Position numbers and translations under genes: made by a program | Notes under the pieces: model-generated | The model's input: the letters and a program-made list of their open reading frames with translations, nothing else | The model's database searches: none | What the model was told of the DNA's origin: nothing | Shown: piece by piece, positions 1-9,283 of the stretch | How positions within the stretch are numbered: the stretch's first letter is position 1 | How the letters are laid out: each line of letters opens with the position of its first letter | Source of the DNA: Acaryochloridaceae cyanobacterium VAR_48_metabat_390 | Lineage (GTDB): Bacteria > Cyanobacteriota > Cyanobacteriia > Thermosynechococcales > Thermosynechococcaceae | Assembly: GCA_031422435.1 (NCBI GenBank) | Contig: JANPLU010000057.1 | Span: 1-40,397, forward strand | Direction of reading: 5' to 3' | Length of the DNA: 40,397 nt

Positions 1-653
1 GACAAAAAAATCCACTGCCCAAAATTGACCAGATCCTTAAGCGCATCCTTCTCCCAAGCCAGCCGATTGGTGTAGCCTAAACAGTGACTCCAAACCGTTT
101 TAATGGCGGCTGACACCAAAGCATTGCCGACCAAAGCCCAAATGCTGGGGCTAAGATATGCCCACATCAGCATCACAATTGTAGAGATAAATTGAATAAT
201 CAATTCAAATCGCGTGATTTTCCCGACATCCAGGCTACGGTTCAGAGAGGCCAGAGAGGTTGACATCAGACCATCTAAAACGGTTGCAAATCCAATCACT
301 GGGATAAGCCAGCGTAAATCAGCATTTTGGTAAAGACTGGCTAAGGGCCAGGCGATGACCCAACAGCAGACCCACAGCCCCAAGCCTCGGATAATCTGCA
401 GTGTCCAAGCCGTGTTGAGAAAGGCTGGGTCATCACCCCGTGGGTTTTGGATGATGCTAGGCCGAATCCCTAGGTCTGAGAAAAGGTGTAGACCCATGAT
501 GAAGGTATTAATCAGCGCCATTAGCCCAAACAAATCGGGAAAAAGCAGGCGCGTGAGGATCAAATTGCTGGCAAACCGAAGTCCCTGACTGGCTCCATAG
601 CCAATCAGCGTCCAGACCGTTCCCCGAACGGCTAATGATTTCAGGGATGGCAT
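1..653 (-). CDS. Oligosaccharide flippase / polysaccharide biosynthesis protein (Wzx/MATE-like), runs off the left edge
   Basis: Not in the ORF track because there is no stop in the window. Minus-strand ATG at 653 reads MPSLKSLAVRGTVWTLIGYGASQGLRFASNLILTRLLFPDLFGLMALINTFIMGLHLFSDLGI..., a typical Wzx-family N-terminus with many hydrophobic segments. Confidence 0.85.
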   Translation of the reverse strand, partial: MPSLKSLAVRGTVWTLIGYGASQGLRFASNLILTRLLFPDLFGLMALINTFIMGLHLFSDLGIRPSIIQNPRGDDPAFLNTAWTLQIIRGLGLWVCCWVIAWPLASLYQNADLRWLIPVIGFATVLDGLMSTSLASLNRSLDVGKITRFELIIQFISTIVMLMWAYLSPSIWALVGNALVSAAIKTVWSHCLGYTNRLAWEKDALKDLVNFGQWIFL

Positions 654-846
654 AGGTGTCTAAATTAATATCAATGCTTCAGCCTTAGTATTCACCAATC
701 TCCGCCATAATGCTTATTCTGCAAAGAATCCAGATCTTAGCCCTGCAATGGTCTGTTGCAGGCTCAAAGCGATACTTTAGTTTGCAAAACGGTTCAGGAG
801 TTTAATAGGATAAGAAGGCCTGCCTTACCGAAAGAGATGAAACGGA

Positions 847-2136
847 ATGGAGCCTGCTCTAACGCGCATCGGGACTCAAATGTCGGCTTTGACTGGCGTT
901 CGAGCCATTATGAAAGACATTATTGAGACGCTCCGAGAAAGTCACGGGAAGACTTTTATTAACCTCAGCGCAGGTAATCCCGTCATTTTGCCAGAGGTAG
1001 AGCAGCTCTGGCGCGACTGCACAATGGCGTTACTCAACAGTCCTGAATATGGCGAGGTGGTCTGTCGCTACGGAGCCAGCCAAGGGTATATCCCCCTAGT
1101 AGATGCCATTGTAGACGACTTTAATGAGCGCTATGGGCTTTCCCTCACCCCTCGACAGGTGCTGATTACCCCAGGCAGTCAGTCACTGTATTTTCTAGCA
1201 GCCAACGCCTTTGGGGGACTCAATACCGATGGCAACCTAAAGCGCATTGTGCTGCCCCTTAGCCCTGACTACACAGGCTACGGCGGCGTGAGCTTAGATG
1301 CTGAGGCGCTGTTGGCCTATAAGCCAACCCTAGATATTGATGAGGCAGGCCATCGCTTTAAGTATCGCCCTGACTTTAGCCAGCTCCAAATTGATGAAAC
1401 AACGGGGTGCGTCATTTTTTCGCGCCCCTGCAACCCAACGGGTAATGTGCTGACAGATCAAGAAGTTGAAAAAATTGCGGCGTTGGCACAGCCCTTTGAT
1501 GTGCCCATCTTTATTGATTCTGCCTATGGCCCTCCGTTCCCTAGCCTTAATTTCACTGAGCTGAAGCCCTACATTGGCGGAAATGTGCTGCACTGCATGA
1601 GTCTGTCTAAGGCAGGTCTGCCCGGGGAAAGAATTGGTATTGCCATCGGGGACGAGCGCATTATTCAGGTTCTAGAGGCCTTTCAGACCAATATTTGCAT
1701 TCACTCGGGGCGCTATGGACAGGCGATCGCAGCCCAAGCAATCCGCTCCGGTGCCTTAGCCCAAATTTCCGAAAGCATTATTCGTCCTTTCTATCAGAAA
1801 AAATTCGCCATCCTAGAGGCATCCCTAAGCGAATTTATGCCCCAAGATCTGCCTTGGTTTCTCCATCGTGGGGAGGGCGCAATCTTTGGCTGGGTTTGGT
1901 TTCGCGACTTGCCTATAAAAGACTGGGAGCTATATCAAAAGCTTAAGGAAGCGGGTGTAATTGCCGTCCCTGGCAGCACATTTTTCCCTGGCCTCCGAGA
2001 AGAGTGGTCTCACAAACATCAGTGCTTGCGCCTAAGCCTCACTGCCACCGATGATGAAATTGTCCAAGGCATGAAGCGCCTGGCTGAGGTTGTTGAGCGA
2101 GTTTATGCAACCCAATTAGCCCCCGCCATTTCTTAG
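847..2136 (+). CDS. avtA: Valine--pyruvate transaminase (PLP class I/II aminotransferase)
   Basis: 429 aa. NLSAGNP, SRPCNPTGN, DSAYG and SLSKAGLPGERIG (PLP lysine) motifs. Confidence 0.9.
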   Translation: MEPALTRIGTQMSALTGVRAIMKDIIETLRESHGKTFINLSAGNPVILPEVEQLWRDCTMALLNSPEYGEVVCRYGASQGYIPLVDAIVDDFNERYGLSLTPRQVLITPGSQSLYFLAANAFGGLNTDGNLKRIVLPLSPDYTGYGGVSLDAEALLAYKPTLDIDEAGHRFKYRPDFSQLQIDETTGCVIFSRPCNPTGNVLTDQEVEKIAALAQPFDVPIFIDSAYGPPFPSLNFTELKPYIGGNVLHCMSLSKAGLPGERIGIAIGDERIIQVLEAFQTNICIHSGRYGQAIAAQAIRSGALAQISESIIRPFYQKKFAILEASLSEFMPQDLPWFLHRGEGAIFGWVWFRDLPIKDWELYQKLKEAGVIAVPGSTFFPGLREEWSHKHQCLRLSLTATDDEIVQGMKRLAEVVERVYATQLAPAIS

Positions 2137-2165
2137 CTATTTATTACTTAAAAGCGTTTTGCCCT

Positions 2166-2726
2166 ATGCCCACAGATCTCAACGAGTGGATTGAAATTGG
2201 TCGCATCGTCTCCCCCCAAGGTCTGCATGGGGAAGTGCGCGTGTACCCAGATTCCGATTTCCCTGAACGATTCATCAAGCCAGGAGAGCGCTGGATGCTG
2301 CGGGCTGGTGCTAAGGAGCTAGAGTCTATCAACCTTCAGACGGGTCGCTTTTTAGACGGCAAGGGGCTTTACGTCCTGCGTTTTGCAGAGTTTGTGAGTA
2401 TTGACCAGGCCGAGATGCTGCGGGGTGCAAAGCTGATGGTGCCCGTGGGCGATCGCCCTCCCTTAGCAGAAAACGAATTTCACGTCATGGACTTGGTGGG
2501 CATGACGGTGATAAATGGCAATACCCAAGAAACCATCGGCACCGTCGTAGGCATTGCCAACGCAGGCCATGACCTACTAGAGATTGAGCCTCAAAACGCC
2601 CCAGGCCAGAAAATTCTGGTGCCGATGGTAAAGGCATTTGTGAAATCACTCAATCTTCAGACACGGCAGATCGAGCTGCTGCCAATCCCTGGCTTAATTC
2701 CAAATTTATCCGACGCTGCTGAATAG
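2166..2726 (+). CDS. rimM: 16S rRNA processing protein RimM
   Basis: IGRIVSPQGLHGEVRV N-terminus, EFHVMDLVG PRC-barrel segment, LVPMVKAFV. Confidence 0.95.
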   Translation: MPTDLNEWIEIGRIVSPQGLHGEVRVYPDSDFPERFIKPGERWMLRAGAKELESINLQTGRFLDGKGLYVLRFAEFVSIDQAEMLRGAKLMVPVGDRPPLAENEFHVMDLVGMTVINGNTQETIGTVVGIANAGHDLLEIEPQNAPGQKILVPMVKAFVKSLNLQTRQIELLPIPGLIPNLSDAAE

Positions 2727-2730
2727 AGCG

Positions 2731-2970
2731 TTACCACGTTGGGTCAGAAAATAAATTAACCGTCAGGGTGCTAAAGCCAGGCGGAATAGCAGTGATGCAG
2801 GCACAGACATCTCCCACCTCCTCAATTTCCACCTCACAGGCATGACAAGAACCCATTAAACACCCCGTCGGAATGTCAACTCCGGCTCTAGCTGCCACAG
2901 CTAAGAAAGATTCGCCTATCTCCGCCTCAACTTCAACCTCATCAGGCAAAAACCGAATCAACACACTCAC
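2731..2970 (-). CDS. Small 2Fe-2S ferredoxin-domain protein
   Basis: IPTGCLMGSCHAC...CAC cysteine pattern, 79 aa, GTG start. Confidence 0.85.
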   Translation of the reverse strand: MSVLIRFLPDEVEVEAEIGESFLAVAARAGVDIPTGCLMGSCHACEVEIEEVGDVCACITAIPPGFSTLTVNLFSDPTW

Positions 2971-3156
2971 AGGGTCACTTTCTTACGTCCTCTTCTATTG
3001 TGGCACTGCTACGGGACATGACTCGCGTCATTTGGCACAACCTCAGATCATAAATTTTTCATAACATAGACCCCTTCAGTCAGATAATCTCGACACAGTG
3101 TCCTCATTTGGGCGTATGGTACTGCTTATCTTGAGAACACAGGATTGGCAATGACC

Positions 3157-4239
3157 ATGGGAGAGCATAAGCGGATTGGGATCCTAACCAGCGGTGGAGA
3201 TTGCGCTGGACTTAACCCTGTAATTCGGGCAGTAGTGCGTCGGGCAGTAGGCACCTATGGTTGGGAAGTTCTAGGTATCCGTCAGGCCACCCTAGGGTTA
3301 ATGGCAAACCCTGCCAGCGTTTGGCCTCTAGATGTTAAAACCGTAGACTCTTGGCTAACGGCAGGCGGCACCATGCTGGGCACCACTAATACAGGCAACC
3401 CCTTCGCCTTCCCCATGCCGGATGGGACTTTAAAAGACCGCTCCGAAGAAATTATTCAGGGGTATCATCAACTGGGTCTCGATGCCATCATCGGCATTGG
3501 AGGTGACGGCAGTATGGCGATTTTGCGCCAGCTTGCTCAACAGGGCAACTGGAATCTGGTGGGCATCCCTAAGACTATTGACAACGACGTAGGGGTCACG
3601 GAGCGCTCCATCGGCTTTGATACGGCGGTTAATATTGCCACTGAAGCCTTAGATCGGCTCCAGTTTACAGCAGCCAGCCATAGCCGCGTTATGATTTTGG
3701 AAGTAATGGGTCGAGATGCAGGTCACATTGCCATTAGCGCAGGCATTGCAGGCGGTGCAGACATTATTTTGATTCCAGAAATTCCGTTTTCTGTGGCGCA
3801 CATTTGTAACAAACTGAAGGGCTGGCAGCGACGGGGCAAAAACTCCGCGCTAATTATTACCGCAGAGGCCGCTCGTGCCGAAGAAGGCACAACGATGACG
3901 CAAACGGACGCAGCGGGGCAGTGTCGATTAGGCGGCGTTGGGGAATTCCTCTCGAATCAAATCTGCGGCAGCAACATTGCTGAAACACGGGTAACGGTGT
4001 TAGGCCACATCCAGCGGGGCGGCATTCCGTCACCGTTAGATCGCTTGATTGCTTCCGCTTTTGGAGTTGCGGCAGTAGACCTGATTGCGGAGGACAAGTA
4101 TGACCAGATCGTCACTTGGCAAAAGCGTCAGGTGGTGAGTGTGCCGATTGCAGAGGCGATCGCCCAGTACGACAAAGTAGATCTTCACGGCACGCTCGTC
4201 AAAACAGCCCGTGGGCTAGGGATTTACCTCGGTAACTAA
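3157..4239 (+). CDS. pfkA: 6-phosphofructokinase
   Basis: GILTSGGDCAGLN, GGDGS, PKTIDND, EVMGRDAG and LGHIQRGG motifs. Start could be 3145, 3151 or 3157. Confidence 0.92.
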   Translation: MGEHKRIGILTSGGDCAGLNPVIRAVVRRAVGTYGWEVLGIRQATLGLMANPASVWPLDVKTVDSWLTAGGTMLGTTNTGNPFAFPMPDGTLKDRSEEIIQGYHQLGLDAIIGIGGDGSMAILRQLAQQGNWNLVGIPKTIDNDVGVTERSIGFDTAVNIATEALDRLQFTAASHSRVMILEVMGRDAGHIAISAGIAGGADIILIPEIPFSVAHICNKLKGWQRRGKNSALIITAEAARAEEGTTMTQTDAAGQCRLGGVGEFLSNQICGSNIAETRVTVLGHIQRGGIPSPLDRLIASAFGVAAVDLIAEDKYDQIVTWQKRQVVSVPIAEAIAQYDKVDLHGTLVKTARGLGIYLGN

Positions 4240-4254
4240 AGCGCTCCAGTCATC

Positions 4255-4506
4255 TTAGGTAGGAATCAGTTCCCCTGGACGCAGTTTTGCCCACTTACCC
4301 ATTTCAGATTGGAAACTATCGCAGCCCACCACATCCCACTCAAGCTGAATATCTGCCATGCCCCCTGTGCGGATATTGACATTAATCGTAGGGTTCTCTG
4401 GCTCAAAGGTCGGCGTTTCAGTAAGGTGGGGCTGCTGATGCTGGCCTTCAACGGCGTGATAGGTTTGGCAATCATCGACGTAGTGACAGTTGATGCAAAT
4501 ACACAT
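4255..4506 (-). CDS. ycf34: Ycf34 family Fe-S protein
   Basis: MCICINCHYVDDCQTYHAVE...EWDVVGCDSF...GKW. Start placed at ATG 4506; the ORF-track extension to 4647 is probably spurious. Confidence 0.9.
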   Translation of the reverse strand: MCICINCHYVDDCQTYHAVEGQHQQPHLTETPTFEPENPTINVNIRTGGMADIQLEWDVVGCDSFQSEMGKWAKLRPGELIPT

Positions 4507-4781
4507 GGGCTGAATCCTCGTAGGGATGGAGTCAATAGCCGTTGGTTGCGCGGCGTTGTGCGGTTCTGCGTAATGCCACTCTAGCGTATCTTTTAGAAAT
4601 GGTTGTGGGGCAAAGATCGTCTGTTCCGGCACTTCAGTTGTTATCACAAGGCCGCTAGGATAGGTTTGGTATGATAAGGCTGAAATGAAGTATCGTTCTC
4701 CTTAGCAATTCAGGTGCAAACCACCTGCGGTTATCCCGACATACAGCCAAATACATAGATAAAATAAGGCACGCTAAAAGT

Positions 4782-5552
4782 ATGGGGGCAACGCTAGAAC
4801 AGCTACATCAAGAAATGAGCCAGATTAGAAAAACAACCTCAGAGATTGGACAAGAACTGCGTCAGGTCTTGATGGAATACTTTGCAGTGCTAGCGCGTTC
4901 GGCACAAAAGCAGGTGGTCATGTCGAGCTTTCATCTTTGTACCCAGGTGTATCCAGAAGCCTTTTTAGAGCGCTCGGTGTTTGAGCGCGAAACCCTACAA
5001 GAAGGCATCCGTCAGATCGGTCGTGAAATGACACAGGCGTTGGCAATCTTACTGCACCCCTTTCAAGAACTAGCGCTAGAGGGTGAAGCCGACCCCACAT
5101 TGCTCTTAGAAGTATGGGAAGAACTCGAAGACGGCACCACTGAGCTATTTCGAGAAAGTTCTCGCCAGATTAACCATCTGCTCCAAGAGGCCAACATCAT
5201 GAAGATTAAGGCTTTAGATAAGCTCTTAGATTCAGCAGATAAGGCTACCGCAACGGGACGCACTATTACCAACCCGCCGCACCTACTCAAGGCAATGGTC
5301 GATCCAGACGAAGACGATGATGATGACCTAGACCCCGTGGTAGCACTTTACCTACAGCTTGGAGATTTAGAGTTTACAGATCCAGAACTCATGGGCTGGC
5401 GACAAAAGCTGCGGCCTTTGCTGCAAAAGCTGTCTCAGGTGCAGCAAAACTACGCCCAAAAGCAAGAAGAACAGCTTACCGCAGAGGCGATCGCCGCCTG
5501 GAAAGCCATCTGGATTGCTGAGGACAGCACCTTTGGGGGCGCAAATACCTAA
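4782..5552 (+). CDS. Cyanobacterial hypothetical coiled-coil protein, translationally coupled to recG
   Basis: 256-aa ORF with FHLCTQVYPEAFL and LEFTDPELMGWR segments. Its TAA overlaps the recG ATG (TAATG). Confidence 0.8.
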   Translation: MGATLEQLHQEMSQIRKTTSEIGQELRQVLMEYFAVLARSAQKQVVMSSFHLCTQVYPEAFLERSVFERETLQEGIRQIGREMTQALAILLHPFQELALEGEADPTLLLEVWEELEDGTTELFRESSRQINHLLQEANIMKIKALDKLLDSADKATATGRTITNPPHLLKAMVDPDEDDDDDLDPVVALYLQLGDLEFTDPELMGWRQKLRPLLQKLSQVQQNYAQKQEEQLTAEAIAAWKAIWIAEDSTFGGANT

Positions 5553-8041
5553 TGGCCTACTCCGTCACAACCGCCGCCCCTGCTGCTCCTGACTGGGCAA
5601 GGCTGCAACGGGCGCTCTCAGTGGAGGCAGAGCGTGGGTTTTGTGATGTGCAGGGCAATCAGTTTCGCTTTAGTGAGTTTTTACACCTCAACTTAGTGCA
5701 GGCGCAAACCGCCGTCACTTCTGCGCCAGAACAGTCTAAATGTCAGGCGATCGCCGCCAAGTTTGAAACCTATCCCGAATTGCCGCTTTCTCAACGTCAG
5801 CACCTGGTTGCCGAAGCGCGTCGGCTGCTGTACCAAGTGCAGCGAGAGCAGATTAAACAGCAGGAACCCCCAGCCACTCCAAAAGTAAAGCTGCCTACGG
5901 TTAAACCTGCTGCTGAAAAAGGCAGCGCAGCCGCCGCAACCGTGAGCCTGGATCAGTCTCTGATGTACCTTAAAGGCATTGGCCCTCAAAGTGCAGATCG
6001 GTTGGCAAAGCTGGGGCTGTATAGCGTCCGAGACGTTTTGTTTTACTACCCCCGCGACTACATTGACTACGCCCGTCAGGTCAAAATTGAAGACCTTGTA
6101 GCAGGGGAAACGGTCACGATTGTGGTGACGGTGCGCCGCTGCAACTGTTTTAACAGCCCCAAAAACCCCAAGCTCACCATTTTTGAAATGACCGTCGGGG
6201 ACGTAACGGGGCAGCTCAGGCTGAGTCGGTTTTATGCTGGCGATCGCTTCCGAAATCGCGGCTGGCAAGAAAAACAAAAGCAGCAGTATGCCCCTGGAAC
6301 GGTCATTGCCGCATCGGGGCTAGTGAAGGCCAATAAATTTGGCTATACCCTCGAAGAACCTGAAATTGAGGTGCTGCAAAATACCCGTGATTCCATAGAT
6401 TCTCTCAAAATTGGGCGGGTGGTGCCTATCTATCCCCTCACCGAAGGGGTGCCGCCGGAATTGCTGCGGCGGGCAGTCGTGGCGGCACTCCCTGCGGCAC
6501 AGCACATTCGAGATCCGCTGCCTGATCTGCTGCGGGAGAAGTATGGCTTGGTGAAGTTACCAGAGGCGATCGCCCAAATCCATTTCCCCGAATCGTCGGA
6601 ATGGCTAGATAAAGCGCGGCGGCGGCTGGTGTTTGACGAGTTTTTCTACCTCCAGTTAGGGATGCTAAAGCGGCGGCTAGAGCAGCGCAAAACCCAGCGC
6701 GGCGTTGCCCTTAACCCACGGGGGGAGCTGATCGACAAATTTTATAACGTCATTCCGTTCCAGTTTACGGGCGCACAGCAGCGGGTGGTGCAGGACATTT
6801 TAGGGGACTTGGAAGGCACAGCCCCTATGAACCGAATGGTGCAGGGCGATGTGGGTTCTGGCAAAACGGTGGTGGCGGTGGTGGCGCTGTTGGCGGCAAT
6901 TCAGTCTGGCTATCAAACCGCAATGATGGCTCCGACTGAGGTGTTGGCTGAGCAGCACTATCGCAAACTGGTGGAGTGGTTTAATCAGCTTCAGCTCCCC
7001 GTTGAGCTGCTGACGGGTTCCACTAAAGCGGCAAAACGTCGCCAGATTGCGACACAGCTCCAGACTGGGGAACTGTCTCTTCTGGTGGGCACCCACGCGC
7101 TGATCCAAGATTCTGTGGAATTTCAGCGCTTGGGCTTGGTGGTGATTGACGAGCAGCATCGGTTTGGGGTGAAGCAACGAGCGATGCTTCAGCAAAAAGG
7201 TCAGCATCCCCATGTTTTGACGATGACGGCAACGCCTATTCCGCGAACTTTGGCGCTGACGCTCCACGGCGATTTGGACGTGAGCCAGATTGATGAGTTG
7301 CCCCCTGGACGACAGGCCATCCAGACCACCATGCTGACCCCGCGCGATCGCAGCCATGCCTATGATCTCATCCGTCGAGAGGTGGCGCTGGGGCGACAGA
7401 TTTATGTGGTGCTGCCCCTTGTTGAAGAATCAGAAAAGCTAGATTTGCGATCGGCTGTAGAAGAACATCAGCATTTGCAGAGCGTGTTTCCTAGTTTTCA
7501 GGTGGGGCTACTTCATGGGCGCATGAGTTCTGCTGAAAAAGATGCGGTGATTACCCAGTTCCGCAATGCAGAACTACAGCTCCTGGTTTCAACCACGGTC
7601 ATTGAGGTGGGTGTAGATATCCCCAATGCCACGGTCATGCTGATTGAACACGCTGAACGCTTTGGCCTTGCCCAACTGCACCAGCTTCGCGGTCGGGTGG
7701 GGCGGGGTGCCCATCAATCGTTTTGTTTGCTGATGAACAGCTCCAAAACCGAAACGGCTCGTCAGCGCCTCACGGTACTTGAGCAGTCTCAAGATGGCTT
7801 CTTTATTTCTGAAATGGATATGCGCTTTAGAGGGCCAGGGGAAGTATTGGGCACCCGTCAATCTGGCCTACCGGATTTTGCCCTTGCTAGTCTGGTGGAA
7901 GATCAGGATTGCCTAGAGTTGGCACGGGAAGCGGCGGAGGGGGCGATCGCCCAAGACCCAACCCTAGAACTTTGGCCTTTGATGAAGCAAGAGCTAGACT
8001 ATCGCTACCAGCGCTTAATGGGCGGCACGATTTTGACCTAA
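5552..8041 (+). CDS. recG: ATP-dependent DNA helicase RecG
   Basis: [36 protein letters not shown] and RGPGEVLGTRQSG motifs. Confidence 0.97.
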   Translation: MAYSVTTAAPAAPDWARLQRALSVEAERGFCDVQGNQFRFSEFLHLNLVQAQTAVTSAPEQSKCQAIAAKFETYPELPLSQRQHLVAEARRLLYQVQREQIKQQEPPATPKVKLPTVKPAAEKGSAAAATVSLDQSLMYLKGIGPQSADRLAKLGLYSVRDVLFYYPRDYIDYARQVKIEDLVAGETVTIVVTVRRCNCFNSPKNPKLTIFEMTVGDVTGQLRLSRFYAGDRFRNRGWQEKQKQQYAPGTVIAASGLVKANKFGYTLEEPEIEVLQNTRDSIDSLKIGRVVPIYPLTEGVPPELLRRAVVAALPAAQHIRDPLPDLLREKYGLVKLPEAIAQIHFPESSEWLDKARRRLVFDEFFYLQLGMLKRRLEQRKTQRGVALNPRGELIDKFYNVIPFQFTGAQQRVVQDILGDLEGTAPMNRMVQGDVGSGKTVVAVVALLAAIQSGYQTAMMAPTEVLAEQHYRKLVEWFNQLQLPVELLTGSTKAAKRRQIATQLQTGELSLLVGTHALIQDSVEFQRLGLVVIDEQHRFGVKQRAMLQQKGQHPHVLTMTATPIPRTLALTLHGDLDVSQIDELPPGRQAIQTTMLTPRDRSHAYDLIRREVALGRQIYVVLPLVEESEKLDLRSAVEEHQHLQSVFPSFQVGLLHGRMSSAEKDAVITQFRNAELQLLVSTTVIEVGVDIPNATVMLIEHAERFGLAQLHQLRGRVGRGAHQSFCLLMNSSKTETARQRLTVLEQSQDGFFISEMDMRFRGPGEVLGTRQSGLPDFALASLVEDQDCLELAREAAEGAIAQDPTLELWPLMKQELDYRYQRLMGGTILT

Positions 8042-8043
8042 GG
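7942..8043 (+). repeat. Left copy of a 102-bp direct repeat (functional recG 3' end), starting at a HIP1 site
   Basis: Aligns without gaps to 10792-10893 (offset 2850). 88/102 identical by hand count, first 28 nt identical. Confidence 0.95.
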
Positions 8044-8153
8044 TCAGGATTAATCGCTTTTATGAGAATGAGTAGAGATGCGGTCATAAGATTGTCAAAC
8101 CCTTGCCGACTCATTATTGTTCAGACAGAAATGCCTAATTAGAGGAAACTCAA

Positions 8154-8369
8154 ATGGCAACTAACGCTTCTTTAAAAGAACGCCTTGCAACAGTTGAATC
8201 TTTGATTGCTGAGTTACAAAAACAAGTTGTGACGCCTCAACCGATGAATTGGCTGCAACAAGTAACTGGGTCTTTCAAAGATGAGCCTGCCTTTGAGGAA
8301 ATCCTTGCTTATGGACAAGCGATCCGTCAAGGTGACGAGTCTCTCCTCGAAGTGGAAGATGAACTGTGA
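8154..8369 (+). CDS. Small hypothetical protein, probable orphan type II antitoxin
   Basis: 71 aa with GAGGA RBS, an N-terminal coiled coil (LKERLATVE) and WLQQVTGSFKDEPAFEE. It resembles small proteins recalled upstream of PIN/VapC toxins. A GTGA overlap follows but no intact toxin. Confidence 0.6.
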   Translation: MATNASLKERLATVESLIAELQKQVVTPQPMNWLQQVTGSFKDEPAFEEILAYGQAIRQGDESLLEVEDEL

Positions 8370-8400
8370 AGCATCTCTCCACGATTTTTAAATTATGTAA

Positions 8401-8455
8401 AAACGATCGCCACCTCAAGCTAAGGAAATGCGATCGCCTTTGTAGAAATTGGTTT
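8401..8455 (+). repeat. Paired-HIP1 spacer repeat, copy 1
   Basis: ACGATCGC (8403) and GCGATCGC (8430). 44/55 identical to 9102-9156. Confidence 0.85.
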
Positions 8456-8482
8456 TGCTAACGTCAAGACAACCTATCTCGC

Positions 8483-8767
8483 TCAATACACTTCATCGTG
8501 AGAGCCTAGATTGAGCAATAAAATTACATCTTCTTCGCTTTCTGGATGTGCAATAAATTCAAATAAAATTCGGTAGCTATAATCAATCGAACATGCCCAG
8601 ATTCCTGTTAAATCTCCTGTAAGTTTATGGGTACGCAAGGCGGGGTGAAATGGATTGTCAGATAGACGATTCAGAGTTTTTTCGATAAGTGGGCGAAGTT
8701 GAGGATTTTGACGAATTATGCGTTTGAAGGCACGAAGAGATTTTGGACTCCAAGCAATACGTCTCAA
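8483..8767 (-). CDS. Type II TA toxin, RelE/YafQ-like mRNA interferase
   Basis: 94 aa. LRTHKLTGDLTGIWACSIDYSYRILF and LGSHDEVY C-terminus. Confidence 0.88.
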   Translation of the reverse strand: MRRIAWSPKSLRAFKRIIRQNPQLRPLIEKTLNRLSDNPFHPALRTHKLTGDLTGIWACSIDYSYRILFEFIAHPESEEDVILLLNLGSHDEVY

Positions 8768-8988
8768 TTATCTAGCTCCACAAGAAAGTCTGCAACAGAA
8801 CCATAGTGAATGTCTCCGTTGGCATAATCTTGGCGCACTTCTTCTATTTCAGATAAAAGTTGATTGCGTTGTCGTTGGTGCAAACGTTTATTGAGCAGTT
8901 CTAAAAGAATAATTTGATCGTCGAGGGGAAGCGATTCTACGGTTTCAATCGCTTGCTGAAAGGCAGAGGTTTCGGCAGTCTTAGTCAT
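8764..8988 (-). CDS. Cognate antitoxin (acidic small protein)
   Basis: 74 aa, ATGA 4-nt overlap with the toxin. FQQAIETVESLPLDDQ...GSVADFL. Confidence 0.8.
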   Translation of the reverse strand: MTKTAETSAFQQAIETVESLPLDDQIILLELLNKRLHQRQRNQLLSEIEEVRQDYANGDIHYGSVADFLVELDN

Positions 8989-9101
8989 TGATTTCCTAAA
9001 TGCTTAGAATAACAACAAGAAGAATTTAGCTTCTAGTATATCAAAATCATTGTTGCGGCACATCAGAATGACTTGAAGCTTCGAGTTAATAGACTTATGA
9101 A

Positions 9102-9156
9102 AAGCAATCACCACCTCAGGCTAAGTAAATGTGATCGTCCTTGTATAAATCGGCTT
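9102..9156 (+). repeat. Paired-HIP1 spacer repeat, copy 2 (decayed)
   Basis: GCAATCAC (9104) and GTGATCGT (9131) sit at the HIP1 positions of copy 1. Confidence 0.8.
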
Positions 9157-9190
9157 AAAATTGAGTTTACTTACGATCAACGTAAGCTGT

Positions 9191-9283
9191 TATGAACAAC
9201 TCGCTTTAGCGGTTGCGAACAATTTTAGTTTTTACAATGCATTAAAATCTTTTGCTAGTCCCGCTCCGAGCGAGTTGCTAAGT
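9191..9283 (-). repeat. attC-like imperfect inverted repeat overlapping the HNH stop codon
   Basis: Minus strand: ACTTAGC-AACTCGCT-CGG-AGCGG...CCGCT-AA-AGCGAGTT-GTTCATA. Has a 9-bp perfect outer stem, a 5-bp inner stem and a further ATTTTA/TAAAAT pair. Confidence 0.55.

Noticed and set aside
8367..8377. TGAAGCATCTC shared with the hairpin arm at 11060-11070
   Set aside because: An 11-nt match that fits no boundary model; plausibly chance.
8401..9156. CRISPR array interpretation of the 55-bp repeats
   Set aside because: Only two copies, 700 bp apart, enclosing genes. No cas genes and no regular repeat-spacer array anywhere in the window.
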